From assembly GCF_000010625.1 (NCBI RefSeq), contig NC_010296.1, forward strand, positions 1,710,001 through 1,742,000: a stretch of DNA of 32,000 bases, read 5' to 3'. The notes beneath the pieces were generated by a model, which had not been told where the DNA came from, made no database searches, and saw nothing but the letters and a program-made list of their open reading frames with translations. Numbering within the stretch: position 1 is the first letter of the stretch; each line of letters opens with the position of its first letter. Shown in pieces: positions 17,990-26,117 of the stretch. The position numbers were made by a program, and so were the translations under genes. The stretch comes from Microcystis aeruginosa NIES-843. GTDB taxonomy: Bacteria > Cyanobacteriota > Cyanobacteriia > Cyanobacteriales > Microcystaceae.

Positions 17990-18811
17990 ATGGTCTGGCC
18001 TTTTAAACCGAAAACCCACAAACAAATCGCTCGAATAGAAATTACAGGTGCAATTGCCTCCGATACCCGCAAAAGAGTCTTAAAAGCCCTAGAAATCGTC
18101 AAAGAAAGGCAATATCCCGCCCTACTTCTCCGCATTGACTCCCCCGGGGGAACCGTGGGGGATTCCCAAGAAATTTATGAAGCATTGAAGCGGTTACAAA
18201 AAAACACGAAAATAATCGCTAGTTTTGGCAATATTTCCGCCTCTGGCGGCGTTTATATCGGTATGGGAGCTAATTATATTATGGCTAACCCCGGCACGAT
18301 TACTGGCTCGATCGGTGTTATCCTCAGAGGGAACAATCTGGAAAGATTGTTGGATAAGGTGGGAGTTTCGTTTAAAGTGATTAAATCTGGCCCCTATAAA
18401 GATATTCTCTCCTTCGATCGAGAATTAACTGATGAAGAAGAAAGAATTCTCCAGGATATGATCGATACCAGTTATCAGCAATTTCTGCAAACCGTCGCCG
18501 GAGCGAGAAATTTAGATGTCAATCAGGTGAAAAGTTTTGCCGATGGGCGCATTTTTACCGGCCAACAGGCGTTAGAATTAGGAGTGGTTGATCGCTTGGG
18601 AACCGAGGAAGATGCCCGACTTTGGGCGCTAGAATTGGCAGGATTACCCCCAGATAAAACTAAATGTCAGACTATCGAAGAACCGAAACCCCTCCTCAGT
18701 CGTCTGACGGGCAATCGTTCCCCAATACCCCCAGGATTACAAAAAACCCTACAGCGCCTAGAATTTGAATTGGAAGTTAACGGACAACTATTGTGGTTAT
18801 ACCGACCCTGA
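17990..18811 (+). CDS. sppA: Signal peptide peptidase SppA, 36K type
   Basis: LLRIDSPGGTV and SASGGVYI (catalytic Ser region), plus GSIGV and the SGPYKD Lys region. Confidence 0.9.
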   Translation: MVWPFKPKTHKQIARIEITGAIASDTRKRVLKALEIVKERQYPALLLRIDSPGGTVGDSQEIYEALKRLQKNTKIIASFGNISASGGVYIGMGANYIMANPGTITGSIGVILRGNNLERLLDKVGVSFKVIKSGPYKDILSFDRELTDEEERILQDMIDTSYQQFLQTVAGARNLDVNQVKSFADGRIFTGQQALELGVVDRLGTEEDARLWALELAGLPPDKTKCQTIEEPKPLLSRLTGNRSPIPPGLQKTLQRLEFELEVNGQLLWLYRP

Positions 18812-18879
18812 TGGCCAGATTAAAGTCGAGAAAAAGGGCGCGTTAACCCCTAAAATTGACTCATCAGGATTAGCGGAGG

Positions 18880-19281
18880 ATGACAATCGTGCAGTGGAAG
18901 GTTCGAGCCATTCGGGGAGCAACGACAGTAACGGCTAATACTATTGAAGCTATACGAGAAGCAGTAACAGAACTCCTCGAAGCGATCGAAATCCACAATA
19001 GTCTCGATCCCGATGATATTGTTAGTATTATCTTTACGGCAACTCAGGATTTAGACGCGATTTTCCCCGCCGCTATCGCTCGCGAACGTCCCCATTGGCA
19101 AAATGTCCCCCTCCTCGATGTGCAACAGATGCACGTCGTTGGTAGTCTGGACAAGTGTATTCGCGTAATTCTCCACGTTAATACTCCCAAACTACAAGGG
19201 GAAATGCAGCACGTCTATCTGCAAGGGGCGAAAAATCTTCGCCCCGATTGGCAGATTTCTCCAGTAACTATTAATCGCTAA
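18880..19281 (+). CDS. aroH: Chorismate mutase, AroH class
   Basis: VRAIRGATTV N-terminal signature and a ~130-aa size typical of AroH monofunctional chorismate mutase. Confidence 0.8.
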   Translation: MTIVQWKVRAIRGATTVTANTIEAIREAVTELLEAIEIHNSLDPDDIVSIIFTATQDLDAIFPAAIARERPHWQNVPLLDVQQMHVVGSLDKCIRVILHVNTPKLQGEMQHVYLQGAKNLRPDWQISPVTINR

Positions 19282-19297
19282 AATCTTCGATAACTGA

Positions 19298-20191
19298 CTA
19301 AATCCCCATTTCCGACAGCCAACTCAAAATTAATTGATTAACTTTTTCGGGATGTTCATCGTGGGGACAGTGACCGGCTTTGGCAATCGGATAAAATTGG
19401 GTATTATTTCCCATTTTAGCTCTTTCTTGGTAAATTACCGAACCGGCGATCGGTGTCCAAGGGTCATCCTCTCCCCAGAGTACCAATAAAGGGCGATCGA
19501 TTTGCGGTAATAATTCCTGGGTCGATGGTCCGGGGGGTGCTGTCAACACCGATGCAAACACTCCCCACGCACCCGCATCACAGGAGGGTTGATAGAGAAT
19601 TTCGACTAATTCCTCGGTAATCGCGGTATGATCCCGATAAACCTGTTTTAAGGTCTTCCGGATGCGATTTTTCTGCCTTACCTGTTCAAAAATAAACTTT
19701 CCTGTCACGGGAGAACTAACTAAACCGGTAAAGGCAGCCATGATTAAACGCAGCGGCAAATTTAATTCTTCGGGACGATGGTTTAATCCTCCGGCACAGT
19801 TAATAATTACTCCTCCGGCAGTGATTTCGGGAGATTCTGCCATCAGCATTAAGGTAATCAGTCCCCCGATGGAATTACCGACAAATACCGCCGGTCTTGC
19901 CATTTTTTCTCGCCAAAAGTCCTGTATTTGCCGCTGCCAAAGGTTGAGACTATAATCTAAAGCGGGCTTATCTGTACCCCCAAATCCCAAAAGATCTAGG
20001 GCATAGACTTGATAGCCATTTTCCGCTAAAACGGGGATATTTTTGCGCCAATGACCGATAGATGCCCCAAAACCGTGAATTAATACTAGGGGTTGTCCTT
20101 CTCCCCGCACAGTGTAGGGGATGGTGTGACCTTGCCATGTCCAAGACAATTGCTCTAAGCTAGTCCCAGTGATCGGAGATTGTAGTGCCAT
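19298..20191 (-). CDS. Alpha/beta-fold hydrolase
   Basis: LVLIHGFGAS oxyanion region, GNSIGG nucleophile elbow and a C-terminal GHCPHDE His motif. Confidence 0.85.
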   Translation of the reverse strand: MALQSPITGTSLEQLSWTWQGHTIPYTVRGEGQPLVLIHGFGASIGHWRKNIPVLAENGYQVYALDLLGFGGTDKPALDYSLNLWQRQIQDFWREKMARPAVFVGNSIGGLITLMLMAESPEITAGGVIINCAGGLNHRPEELNLPLRLIMAAFTGLVSSPVTGKFIFEQVRQKNRIRKTLKQVYRDHTAITEELVEILYQPSCDAGAWGVFASVLTAPPGPSTQELLPQIDRPLLVLWGEDDPWTPIAGSVIYQERAKMGNNTQFYPIAKAGHCPHDEHPEKVNQLILSWLSEMGI

Positions 20192-20249
20192 TGTATGAAG
20201 TTTTATTAAGTGATAGGTAAATTATAGAGTAAAAATCAGTCGAGAATTT

Positions 20250-21092
20250 ATGCCACAACGCCAGACTTTTACCAATAACTCGATGGAAATTTCCTATTTA
20301 CAATGGAGCGATCGAGGTATGCCTCTATTATTATTGCACGGCATGGCGGATCATGCTTTGGTTTGGTCAAGTTTGGGCGATTATTTAAGCTCAAATTATC
20401 AAGTTATTGCCCCAGATTTGCGGGGACATGGGGAAAGCGGTAAACCGGCAACCGGTTATCACTTTCAGGATTATATCGGCGATTTAAGGGCTTTAATTAA
20501 TCATTTAGGTTGGACGCAAGCACATATTTTAGGTCATTCTTGGAGTGCTAAAATAGCGGCAATTTGGGCAACTCAACAGCCGGAAGTATTTAAGAGTTTA
20601 ATTTTAGTCGATCCCTTTTTTATCGATAAAATGCCTAGTTGGATTAGGATAACTTTTCCAATTCTCTATCAAGTTTTGCCCTTTTTAAAGATTACTCGCT
20701 CCTTTGATAGTTATCAGAGCATAGAAGCGATCGCTCGTCAATTAAAACAATATAAAGGTTGGTCAAATCTACAGCAAGAGGTGTTTAAAAATGCCATCGA
20801 ACAAAAAGCTGATGGCAGTTGGAGCGGTAAATTCACTTTATCGGCACGCGGGGAAATTTTTGAGGATGTCATGGGGTTTGCCGGATTAACTAAAACTTTA
20901 GATATTCCCAGTTTATTAATCCTTCCCCAACAGGGATTAAATCGCACTGCTTGGCAAATTCAATCTTATAAAAAGTATTTAACTTCTCTAGAGATTAAAA
21001 AGATACCGGGTAATCATTGGGCATTTTTAGGGGAACCTGAAAGTTTTAATCAAGCGGTGGCCGAGTTTTTATCTGTTCAGGAAATTGTCTGA
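20250..21092 (+). CDS. Alpha/beta-fold hydrolase
   Basis: LLLLHGMADH, GHSWSA nucleophile elbow, and a PGNHW His region. Confidence 0.8.
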   Translation: MPQRQTFTNNSMEISYLQWSDRGMPLLLLHGMADHALVWSSLGDYLSSNYQVIAPDLRGHGESGKPATGYHFQDYIGDLRALINHLGWTQAHILGHSWSAKIAAIWATQQPEVFKSLILVDPFFIDKMPSWIRITFPILYQVLPFLKITRSFDSYQSIEAIARQLKQYKGWSNLQQEVFKNAIEQKADGSWSGKFTLSARGEIFEDVMGFAGLTKTLDIPSLLILPQQGLNRTAWQIQSYKKYLTSLEIKKIPGNHWAFLGEPESFNQAVAEFLSVQEIV

Positions 21093-21455
21093 TTAGCGGA
21101 GAGAACGAATCTGCAATTGGTAATAATCCTCGTCTAAACCTTGATTCTGCTTGTTATTAACCGAATTAAGCTGTTTTTGTAGTGCCAAAATGCGATCACT
21201 TGTAGCCGGATGGGTGCTGAGAATTGTCGGGGTAGAACCCCCCTGTTGTGGTAATTTTCCCATCAAGGAGATCATCGCCTTGGCTGCATAACCAGCCTCA
21301 GCTAGATTGTTTAAACCCAGTCGGTCCGCTTCTAATTCATCCTTGCGACTATTGGGCAGATTATAGGCGAGATTGACTGCCAATTGTACCCAAGTTTTTG
21401 TGTCTAATCCCGCCGCGCTGAGAAGTCCTTGGGCGAGGGCAGTATTGCTTGACAT
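21093..21455 (-). pseudogene. C-terminal fragment of an M48-family metallopeptidase
   Basis: SRKDELEADRLG and STHPATSDRI are the post-HExxH motifs of M48 peptidases. The HExxH segment is absent. The frame is open for only 5 codons upstream of the listed ATG, and the tnpB stop is 10 nt away. Confidence 0.7.
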
Positions 21456-22905
21456 ACTCCCACCGTCAAGCTACGCTGTGACGGGGGATTCTTTCCACAT
21501 CGCTGTTAGAAATTCCTTGTTCAACGAGACAACTTAGATTCTCAATGTCTCCACTGAAAATCCAGAGGCCGGACTCTCCCAAGGCGTTTGGGTCGGTTTC
21601 TGTTTGCCCAACAGTACCGTTGAGATGATTTCCCAAATATTGTAACCCTTTTTTAAGAATATTTATTGCTGCATTATGATCCCTATCTAAGACTGTTTGA
21701 CAATTGGGGCATTGATGAGTTCTAGTACTTAATGTTTTTTGAACTCTCGTCCCACAAACTGAACAATCTTGAGAAGTGAAATGGGGAGGAACAGCAACAC
21801 AAACAATCCGATAAATCTTGGCAAAATAATTCAACCATTCAGTGAATTGATACCAAGAAGCATCACTAATCGACTTGGCAAGTTTACGGTTTTTGACTAA
21901 GTTTCTTACCTTTAAAGCTTCATAAACTACCAGATCATTAGACTGGACTAACGCCAAAGCGTCTTTAATTGCTTTGTCTTTACGTTGTCTTGATACTTTA
22001 AGATGAAGCCTAGCTACTTTTATCCGTTGCTTGTGATAGTTGTTAGACTGTTTCTTTCCTTTGCGAAATTGTTTTGATAATCTCCTTTGTGCTTTTTGAA
22101 ATCGTTTTTCTGACTTGCTTAAATAACGTGGATTCTCTACAGTATTGCCTTGAGCGTCAGTATAAAACTCTTTTAAACCTAAGTCAATTCCTGTTATTTG
22201 TCCCGTTGGTTTATGGTATTCTTGCCGTTCTACGTCAATCAAAAACTGACAATAATAACCGTCAGCACGTCTAACAACTCTTACCCGTTTAATCTGTTGT
22301 TCTGAATAATAAACTAAGGTTTTTTGACTACACCATAAATCAAATTCTCCTGCTTTAAAACCATCGGTAAACTTGATTTTACGTCGATTATCAGATAGTT
22401 GGTAGCCCGTTAGTTTATACTCAACCGAACGGCTATGCTTTTTGAAACGAGGAAAACCCTTTTTCCCAAGTATCTTAGCATGACAATTCTGGTAAAACCG
22501 ATTAATTGATTGCCAGGCTCTATCAGCAGCCGATTGACGAGCTTGAGAGTTTAATTTATTAACATAAGGTGTCTCTTTATTGTTAGCTAGTACCGCACAA
22601 AGTTTTTGGAGATCATTGCGGGTTGTCCCTTGATTGTCCATCCAATAACGAACACAAGAGTTACGCACAAACTGAGAAGTTTTGATAGCTTCATCAAGCT
22701 GGTGATATTGCTCTGGGGTTCCGTTTTTTAGCTTCGCTTCTACGACTAGCATCTAACAATCCTTGACCTTTGGCTAAGTTAATTATAACACAGTTTACCT
22801 ACAAATGGTAGAATTAAAATCGGGCTTCTCAGTTAATATCTTGGTCGGATTTCATCCCCCGCAAAGGTTGATGTCTTGTCGAAAAATTTAGCGGGGGCAT
22901 TCATC
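21456..22905 (-). mobile_element. IS200/IS605-family tnpB-only (IS1341-like) element; boundaries approximate
   Basis: Contains tnpB and no tnpA. An imperfect subterminal hairpin TCGGAT..CCCCCGC / GCGGGGG..ATCCGA lies at ~22845-22910 on the tnpB-upstream side. The element is flanked by two fragments of one M48 gene. Confidence 0.7.
21466..22752 (-). CDS. tnpB: TnpB (IS605 OrfB) RNA-guided endonuclease, apparently intact
   Basis: RuvC triad candidates GIDLGLK, VVYEAL and DRDHNAAINI. Zinc finger CSVCGTRV...CPNCQ. 428 aa. Confidence 0.9.
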   Translation of the reverse strand: MLVVEAKLKNGTPEQYHQLDEAIKTSQFVRNSCVRYWMDNQGTTRNDLQKLCAVLANNKETPYVNKLNSQARQSAADRAWQSINRFYQNCHAKILGKKGFPRFKKHSRSVEYKLTGYQLSDNRRKIKFTDGFKAGEFDLWCSQKTLVYYSEQQIKRVRVVRRADGYYCQFLIDVERQEYHKPTGQITGIDLGLKEFYTDAQGNTVENPRYLSKSEKRFQKAQRRLSKQFRKGKKQSNNYHKQRIKVARLHLKVSRQRKDKAIKDALALVQSNDLVVYEALKVRNLVKNRKLAKSISDASWYQFTEWLNYFAKIYRIVCVAVPPHFTSQDCSVCGTRVQKTLSTRTHQCPNCQTVLDRDHNAAINILKKGLQYLGNHLNGTVGQTETDPNALGESGLWIFSGDIENLSCLVEQGISNSDVERIPRHSVA

Positions 22906-23031
22906 CGACATTTTAGGTAAATCCATCCACGAGCGCCCGAAACTGGGTTGGGGATTGACAATCCCGATACTCAGGGTGAGCAGCAGAGAAATTATTGTTA
23001 ATAGCCAAAAACGGCAGAAAATAGGGCGCAT
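22888..23031 (-). pseudogene. Probable N-terminal (signal-peptide) fragment of the disrupted M48 peptidase
   Basis: My translation gives MRPIFCRFWLLTIISLLLTLSIGIVNPQPSFGRSWMDLPKMSDECPR-stop. The last residues are read from the IS end hairpin. Assignment to the same gene as 21093..21455 is an inference. Confidence 0.35.
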
Positions 23032-23094
23032 AGACGATTCGATCCCATAAAAACCTCATTCCCATTCTAGACAGTCCCTATCACCCTTTACCTG

Positions 23095-23379
23095 TTACTG
23101 TCCGCGATTGGTTTGATAGACGTAAAAGTTAAATAAATCGAATAAACTGCCAACAAAAGCAAAGGTGACAGCGATGGTTAACAGGCCTTGTAGGGGATAA
23201 CCGCCGCCGAAAATGGTTAAAAATTGCAGGATTTGGCTAAAACCGGTCTGACAAACCCAAGTAAAGCCGGGGACGTGACTGGTGGCCAATAAAGCCGTTA
23301 AAATAGAACCGACCAAGAGGACGGGGGCAACAAAACTTAATAGGGTGGAAAATAGCAGGGAACGGAGCAAAGTAAGCAT
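23095..23379 (-). CDS. Small integral membrane protein (94 aa, 3 predicted TM helices)
   Basis: Three long hydrophobic stretches and host-like composition. No family recognised. Confidence 0.5.
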   Translation of the reverse strand: MLTLLRSLLFSTLLSFVAPVLLVGSILTALLATSHVPGFTWVCQTGFSQILQFLTIFGGGYPLQGLLTIAVTFAFVGSLFDLFNFYVYQTNRGQ

Positions 23380-23576
23380 GGGTGCTGATCTCCAGAGAAT
23401 TAGGGGGCGATCGAACGGGAATAGGAATCTATACTCGCTCCCCTCTAGGATATACGTTCATCTCGGCTAGGGGCGGTTTTTTAAAAAATCTTAAAATATC
23501 ATTAAGATTCTTGGTTAAGAACGATTAAGTGGTAAACAAAAGTCAACCCGATAATTGCTGGGGCAGCCTTTTTCAG

Positions 23577-23647
23577 TGTGGGGTGTGGGGTGTGGGGTGT
23601 AGGGCGTAGGGTGTCGGGTGTAGGGTGTAGGGTGTAGGGTGTAGGGA
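23577..23647 (+). repeat. G-rich heptamer array (GGGGTGT / GTAGGGT variants), about 10 units
   Basis: Read directly: gtggggtgtggggtgtggggtgtagggcgtagggtgtcgggtgtagggtgtagggtgtagggtgtaggg. Confidence 0.9.
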
Positions 23648-23664
23648 GAATAAATAGAAATAAT

Positions 23665-23730
23665 CTCCTGACTCGGAGTCTCCTATCTCCTGACTCGGAG
23701 TCTCCTATCTCCTGACTCGGAGTCTCCTAT
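23665..23730 (+). repeat. Three perfect tandem copies of the 22-mer CTCCTGACTCGGAGTCTCCTAT, followed by CTGATAA-type heptamers to ~23776
   Basis: Read directly. Each unit contains the small palindrome GACTC-G-GAGTC. The next unit starts CTCCTGA and then switches into TAACTGATAACTGATAA. Confidence 0.9.
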
Positions 23731-23900
23731 CTCCTGATAACTGATAACTGATAACCGGTAACTGATCACTGATAACTGGAACTACCTGAAGCATTGATCC
23801 CCGTGGTGTGGTACTGTCAATTCAGTGTATTTATCGGCACTGGCTTAAGATTTGTCGCTATTGTCCTCCCCTTCTCTCGTCGCTGTTTTTGAGGCTTTCT

Positions 23901-24896
23901 ATGACCGACATTCCTTTCACCCTAGACCAACTGAGAATTCTCAAAGCGATCGCTGCCGAAGGAAGCTTTAAACGGGCGGCAGATACCCTGTATGTATCTC
24001 AACCGGCGGTCAGTCTTCAGGTACAAAACCTCGAAAAACAGCTAAATGTGCCGTTATTTGACCGGGGCGGTCGGAAAGCCCAATTAACGGAAGCGGGATA
24101 CCTACTCTTAAGCTACGGCGAAAAAATTATCACTCTCTGTCAAGAAACCTGTCGGGCGATCGAAGATCTACAAAATCTGCAAGGGGGAACCCTGATCGTC
24201 GGCGCTTCCCAAACCACGGGAACCTATCTTCTTCCCCGCATGATCGGGCTTTTTCGGCAAAAATACCCAGAAGTATCCGTACAGCTACAAGTTCATTCCA
24301 CCCGTCGCACCTCTTGGAGCGTTGCTAACGGTCAAGTGGATTTAGCCATTATCGGGGGGGAAGTTCCCGCCGAATTACAAGAAACCCTGCGGATTATCCC
24401 CTACGCAGAAGATGAACTGGCTTTAGTCCTGCCGATTTTTCATCCTCTGTCTAAGGTAGAAATGATTCAAAAAGAGGATTTATATCGACTAAAATTTATC
24501 ACCCTCGATTCCCAATCGACGATTCGCAAAGTCATCGACAAGGTTTTAACTCGTTGCGAGATCGATACCAAACGCTTAAAAGTGGAGATGGAACTTAACT
24601 CGATCGAGGCGATTAAAAATGCCGTACAATCTGGGTTAGGGGCGGCTTTTGTCTCGGTGACAGCGATCGAAAAAGAACTACAAATGGGAGTTATCCACGC
24701 TACCAGAATTAAAGACGTGGAAATACGACGCACTTTGTCGGTAATTATTAACCCGAATCGCTATCGATCAAAAGCCGCCGAAGCTTTTACCCTAGAAATA
24801 CTCCCCCAATTCTCCACCTATCCCGAATATCTGGCTGACGACCACAACTTTGAACCGATTCCTAACTCGCAACCCGCCGAAATTATTAGTAAATAA
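23901..24896 (+). CDS. rbcR: LysR-family transcriptional regulator, RbcR/Ycf30 (CbbR-like) type
   Basis: [48 protein letters not shown] is the highly conserved Ycf30/RbcR HTH. Start set at Met 23901 rather than the ORF-track 23808. Confidence 0.85.
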   Translation: MTDIPFTLDQLRILKAIAAEGSFKRAADTLYVSQPAVSLQVQNLEKQLNVPLFDRGGRKAQLTEAGYLLLSYGEKIITLCQETCRAIEDLQNLQGGTLIVGASQTTGTYLLPRMIGLFRQKYPEVSVQLQVHSTRRTSWSVANGQVDLAIIGGEVPAELQETLRIIPYAEDELALVLPIFHPLSKVEMIQKEDLYRLKFITLDSQSTIRKVIDKVLTRCEIDTKRLKVEMELNSIEAIKNAVQSGLGAAFVSVTAIEKELQMGVIHATRIKDVEIRRTLSVIINPNRYRSKAAEAFTLEILPQFSTYPEYLADDHNFEPIPNSQPAEIISK

Positions 24897-24932
24897 GTCG
24901 CTCGAGATGGGCAAAATCTCCCTACATTTAAG

Positions 24933-25598
24933 CTATCTCTTGGGAAAATTACTGCCGGGATAAATTACTTTTTTATCGACTTTAATCCAATGGAGACTCT
25001 CTAAACGACTTCTAAGATTAGTAATAGTTACTCCCAACTCGTCGGCGATCGCATACAGAGGTCCCCATTTCGTCAAGTCACGTCCCTTGATGGCTTTCTC
25101 TAACTCACTCATCGGCATTAGTAAACAACTGGCAAAATATTGGGCTTGCCATTCAATTCTTTGGCTAGAATCAACTGTCCGACACAGAAAAGGTTGAATT
25201 GTCTCTAGGGAATCTCCCTGATTGATTCGATCCAAAAAGTTAGAGACAGCTGTTTGATTAATATGGAGTACAAAATGACCAATTTCATGGGCTAAACTCG
25301 AATTTTTAAAACCTTCTTTTGCTAGGGATGAATTTTGGGAATCTTTTAAGAATTTTACATCTTCATTAAGAATAATTTTCTTTTCTGTGGGAATAATCAT
25401 TGCGGCGATTTCTCCCTCTTTATCTGGCTTTATATCCGTCCATTCAATAGCCAAATCAAAATAATCGGCCGCTGCTTCCGCAATATCGCAATTTTTTAAG
25501 GGACGACGACGATGAGCTTTTACTTTCTTAAGAATATTGTCTGCCTGAGCTTCAATCACTGTTTTGGGAATAAAACTATAGGGTTTAATAATATCCAA
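24933..25598 (-). CDS. ImmA/IrrE-family (M78, DUF955) zinc metalloprotease
   Basis: HEIGHFVLH (HExxH) and the downstream EWQAQYFASCLLMP motif typical of ImmA/IrrE. The start is 5 nt after the XRE stop. Confidence 0.85.
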   Translation of the reverse strand: MDIIKPYSFIPKTVIEAQADNILKKVKAHRRRPLKNCDIAEAAADYFDLAIEWTDIKPDKEGEIAAMIIPTEKKIILNEDVKFLKDSQNSSLAKEGFKNSSLAHEIGHFVLHINQTAVSNFLDRINQGDSLETIQPFLCRTVDSSQRIEWQAQYFASCLLMPMSELEKAIKGRDLTKWGPLYAIADELGVTITNLRSRLESLHWIKVDKKVIYPGSNFPKR

Positions 25599-25603
25599 GA
25601 TAT

Positions 25604-25960
25604 TTACTCCTGCTCATCTAATTTTGTCGCCTCAGAAATAATTTTTTTGGCAAAATTGGGATTGTCTTTCATGCGACGCAATAAAATCGGCATTTGTTGG
25701 TATTTTTGAACTAATTCTTTGAAGACTTTTTGATCATCTGAACTCAGTCGTCCCGCCAATTCCCCTAAGGTTTGAGCATTTAATTTTAAATGAGTCGCTA
25801 AGGACTCAATAACTTGCTGACTAGGAGGATAACCCGCATGATCATTTTCTAGCTTCGATAGATAGGTATAGTCCACCCCAATCAACTTAGCTAGTTCTCT
25901 CTGACTATATTCTTCCTCTCGACGAGCTTTGCGGATAACCTGTCCAAATGTTTCTGACAC
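25604..25960 (-). CDS. XRE-family helix-turn-helix transcriptional repressor
   Basis: IRKARREEEYSQRELAKLIGVDYTYLSKLEN is a canonical HTH_3 domain. GTG start at 25958-25960. First gene of the XRE-ImmA pair. Confidence 0.85.
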   Translation of the reverse strand: MSETFGQVIRKARREEEYSQRELAKLIGVDYTYLSKLENDHAGYPPSQQVIESLATHLKLNAQTLGELAGRLSSDDQKVFKELVQKYQQMPILLRRMKDNPNFAKKIISEATKLDEQE

Positions 25961-25987
25961 TGCTTTTCTCTCAATCGCTCAAAAAAA

Positions 25988-26017
25988 ATTATATCAAGGG
26001 TTGACTATTTCAGTCAA
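25988..26017 (-). promoter_or_regulatory. Near-consensus sigma70-type promoter for the XRE gene (TTGACT-18 nt-TATAAT)
   Basis: The minus strand reads TTGACTgaaatagtcaacccttgaTATAAT. The -35 lies inside operator O1. The -10 lies ~28 nt upstream of the GTG start. Confidence 0.65.
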
Positions 26018-26018
26018 C
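26000..26018. promoter_or_regulatory. Operator O1: perfect palindrome GTTGACT-N5-AGTCAAC
   Basis: gttgactatttcagtcaac read directly. It supplies TTGACT -35 hexamers on both strands; the plus-strand candidate is TTGACT-18-TAGAGT (-10 at 26025-26030). Confidence 0.7.
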
Positions 26019-26042
26019 ATACGCTAGAGTTAGTTCATTGGC

Positions 26043-26061
26043 GTTGATTATTTTAGTCAAC
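26043..26061. promoter_or_regulatory. Operator O2: GTTGATT-N5-AGTCAAC (one mismatch to O1)
   Basis: gttgattattttagtcaac, centred 43 bp from O1, between the candidate plus-strand -10 and the Cas4-like start codon. Confidence 0.65.
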
Positions 26062-26117
26062 ACAATAGCAAACACTGCCGTATCATCCTAGCATTTTCCT
26101 GACTGAGGGGAAAAATC

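Noticed and set aside
23665-23730. Three identical 22-bp direct repeats that could be mistaken for a CRISPR array
   Set aside because: The units are strictly contiguous with no spacers, they are short, and no cas genes are nearby. This is a tandem minisatellite.
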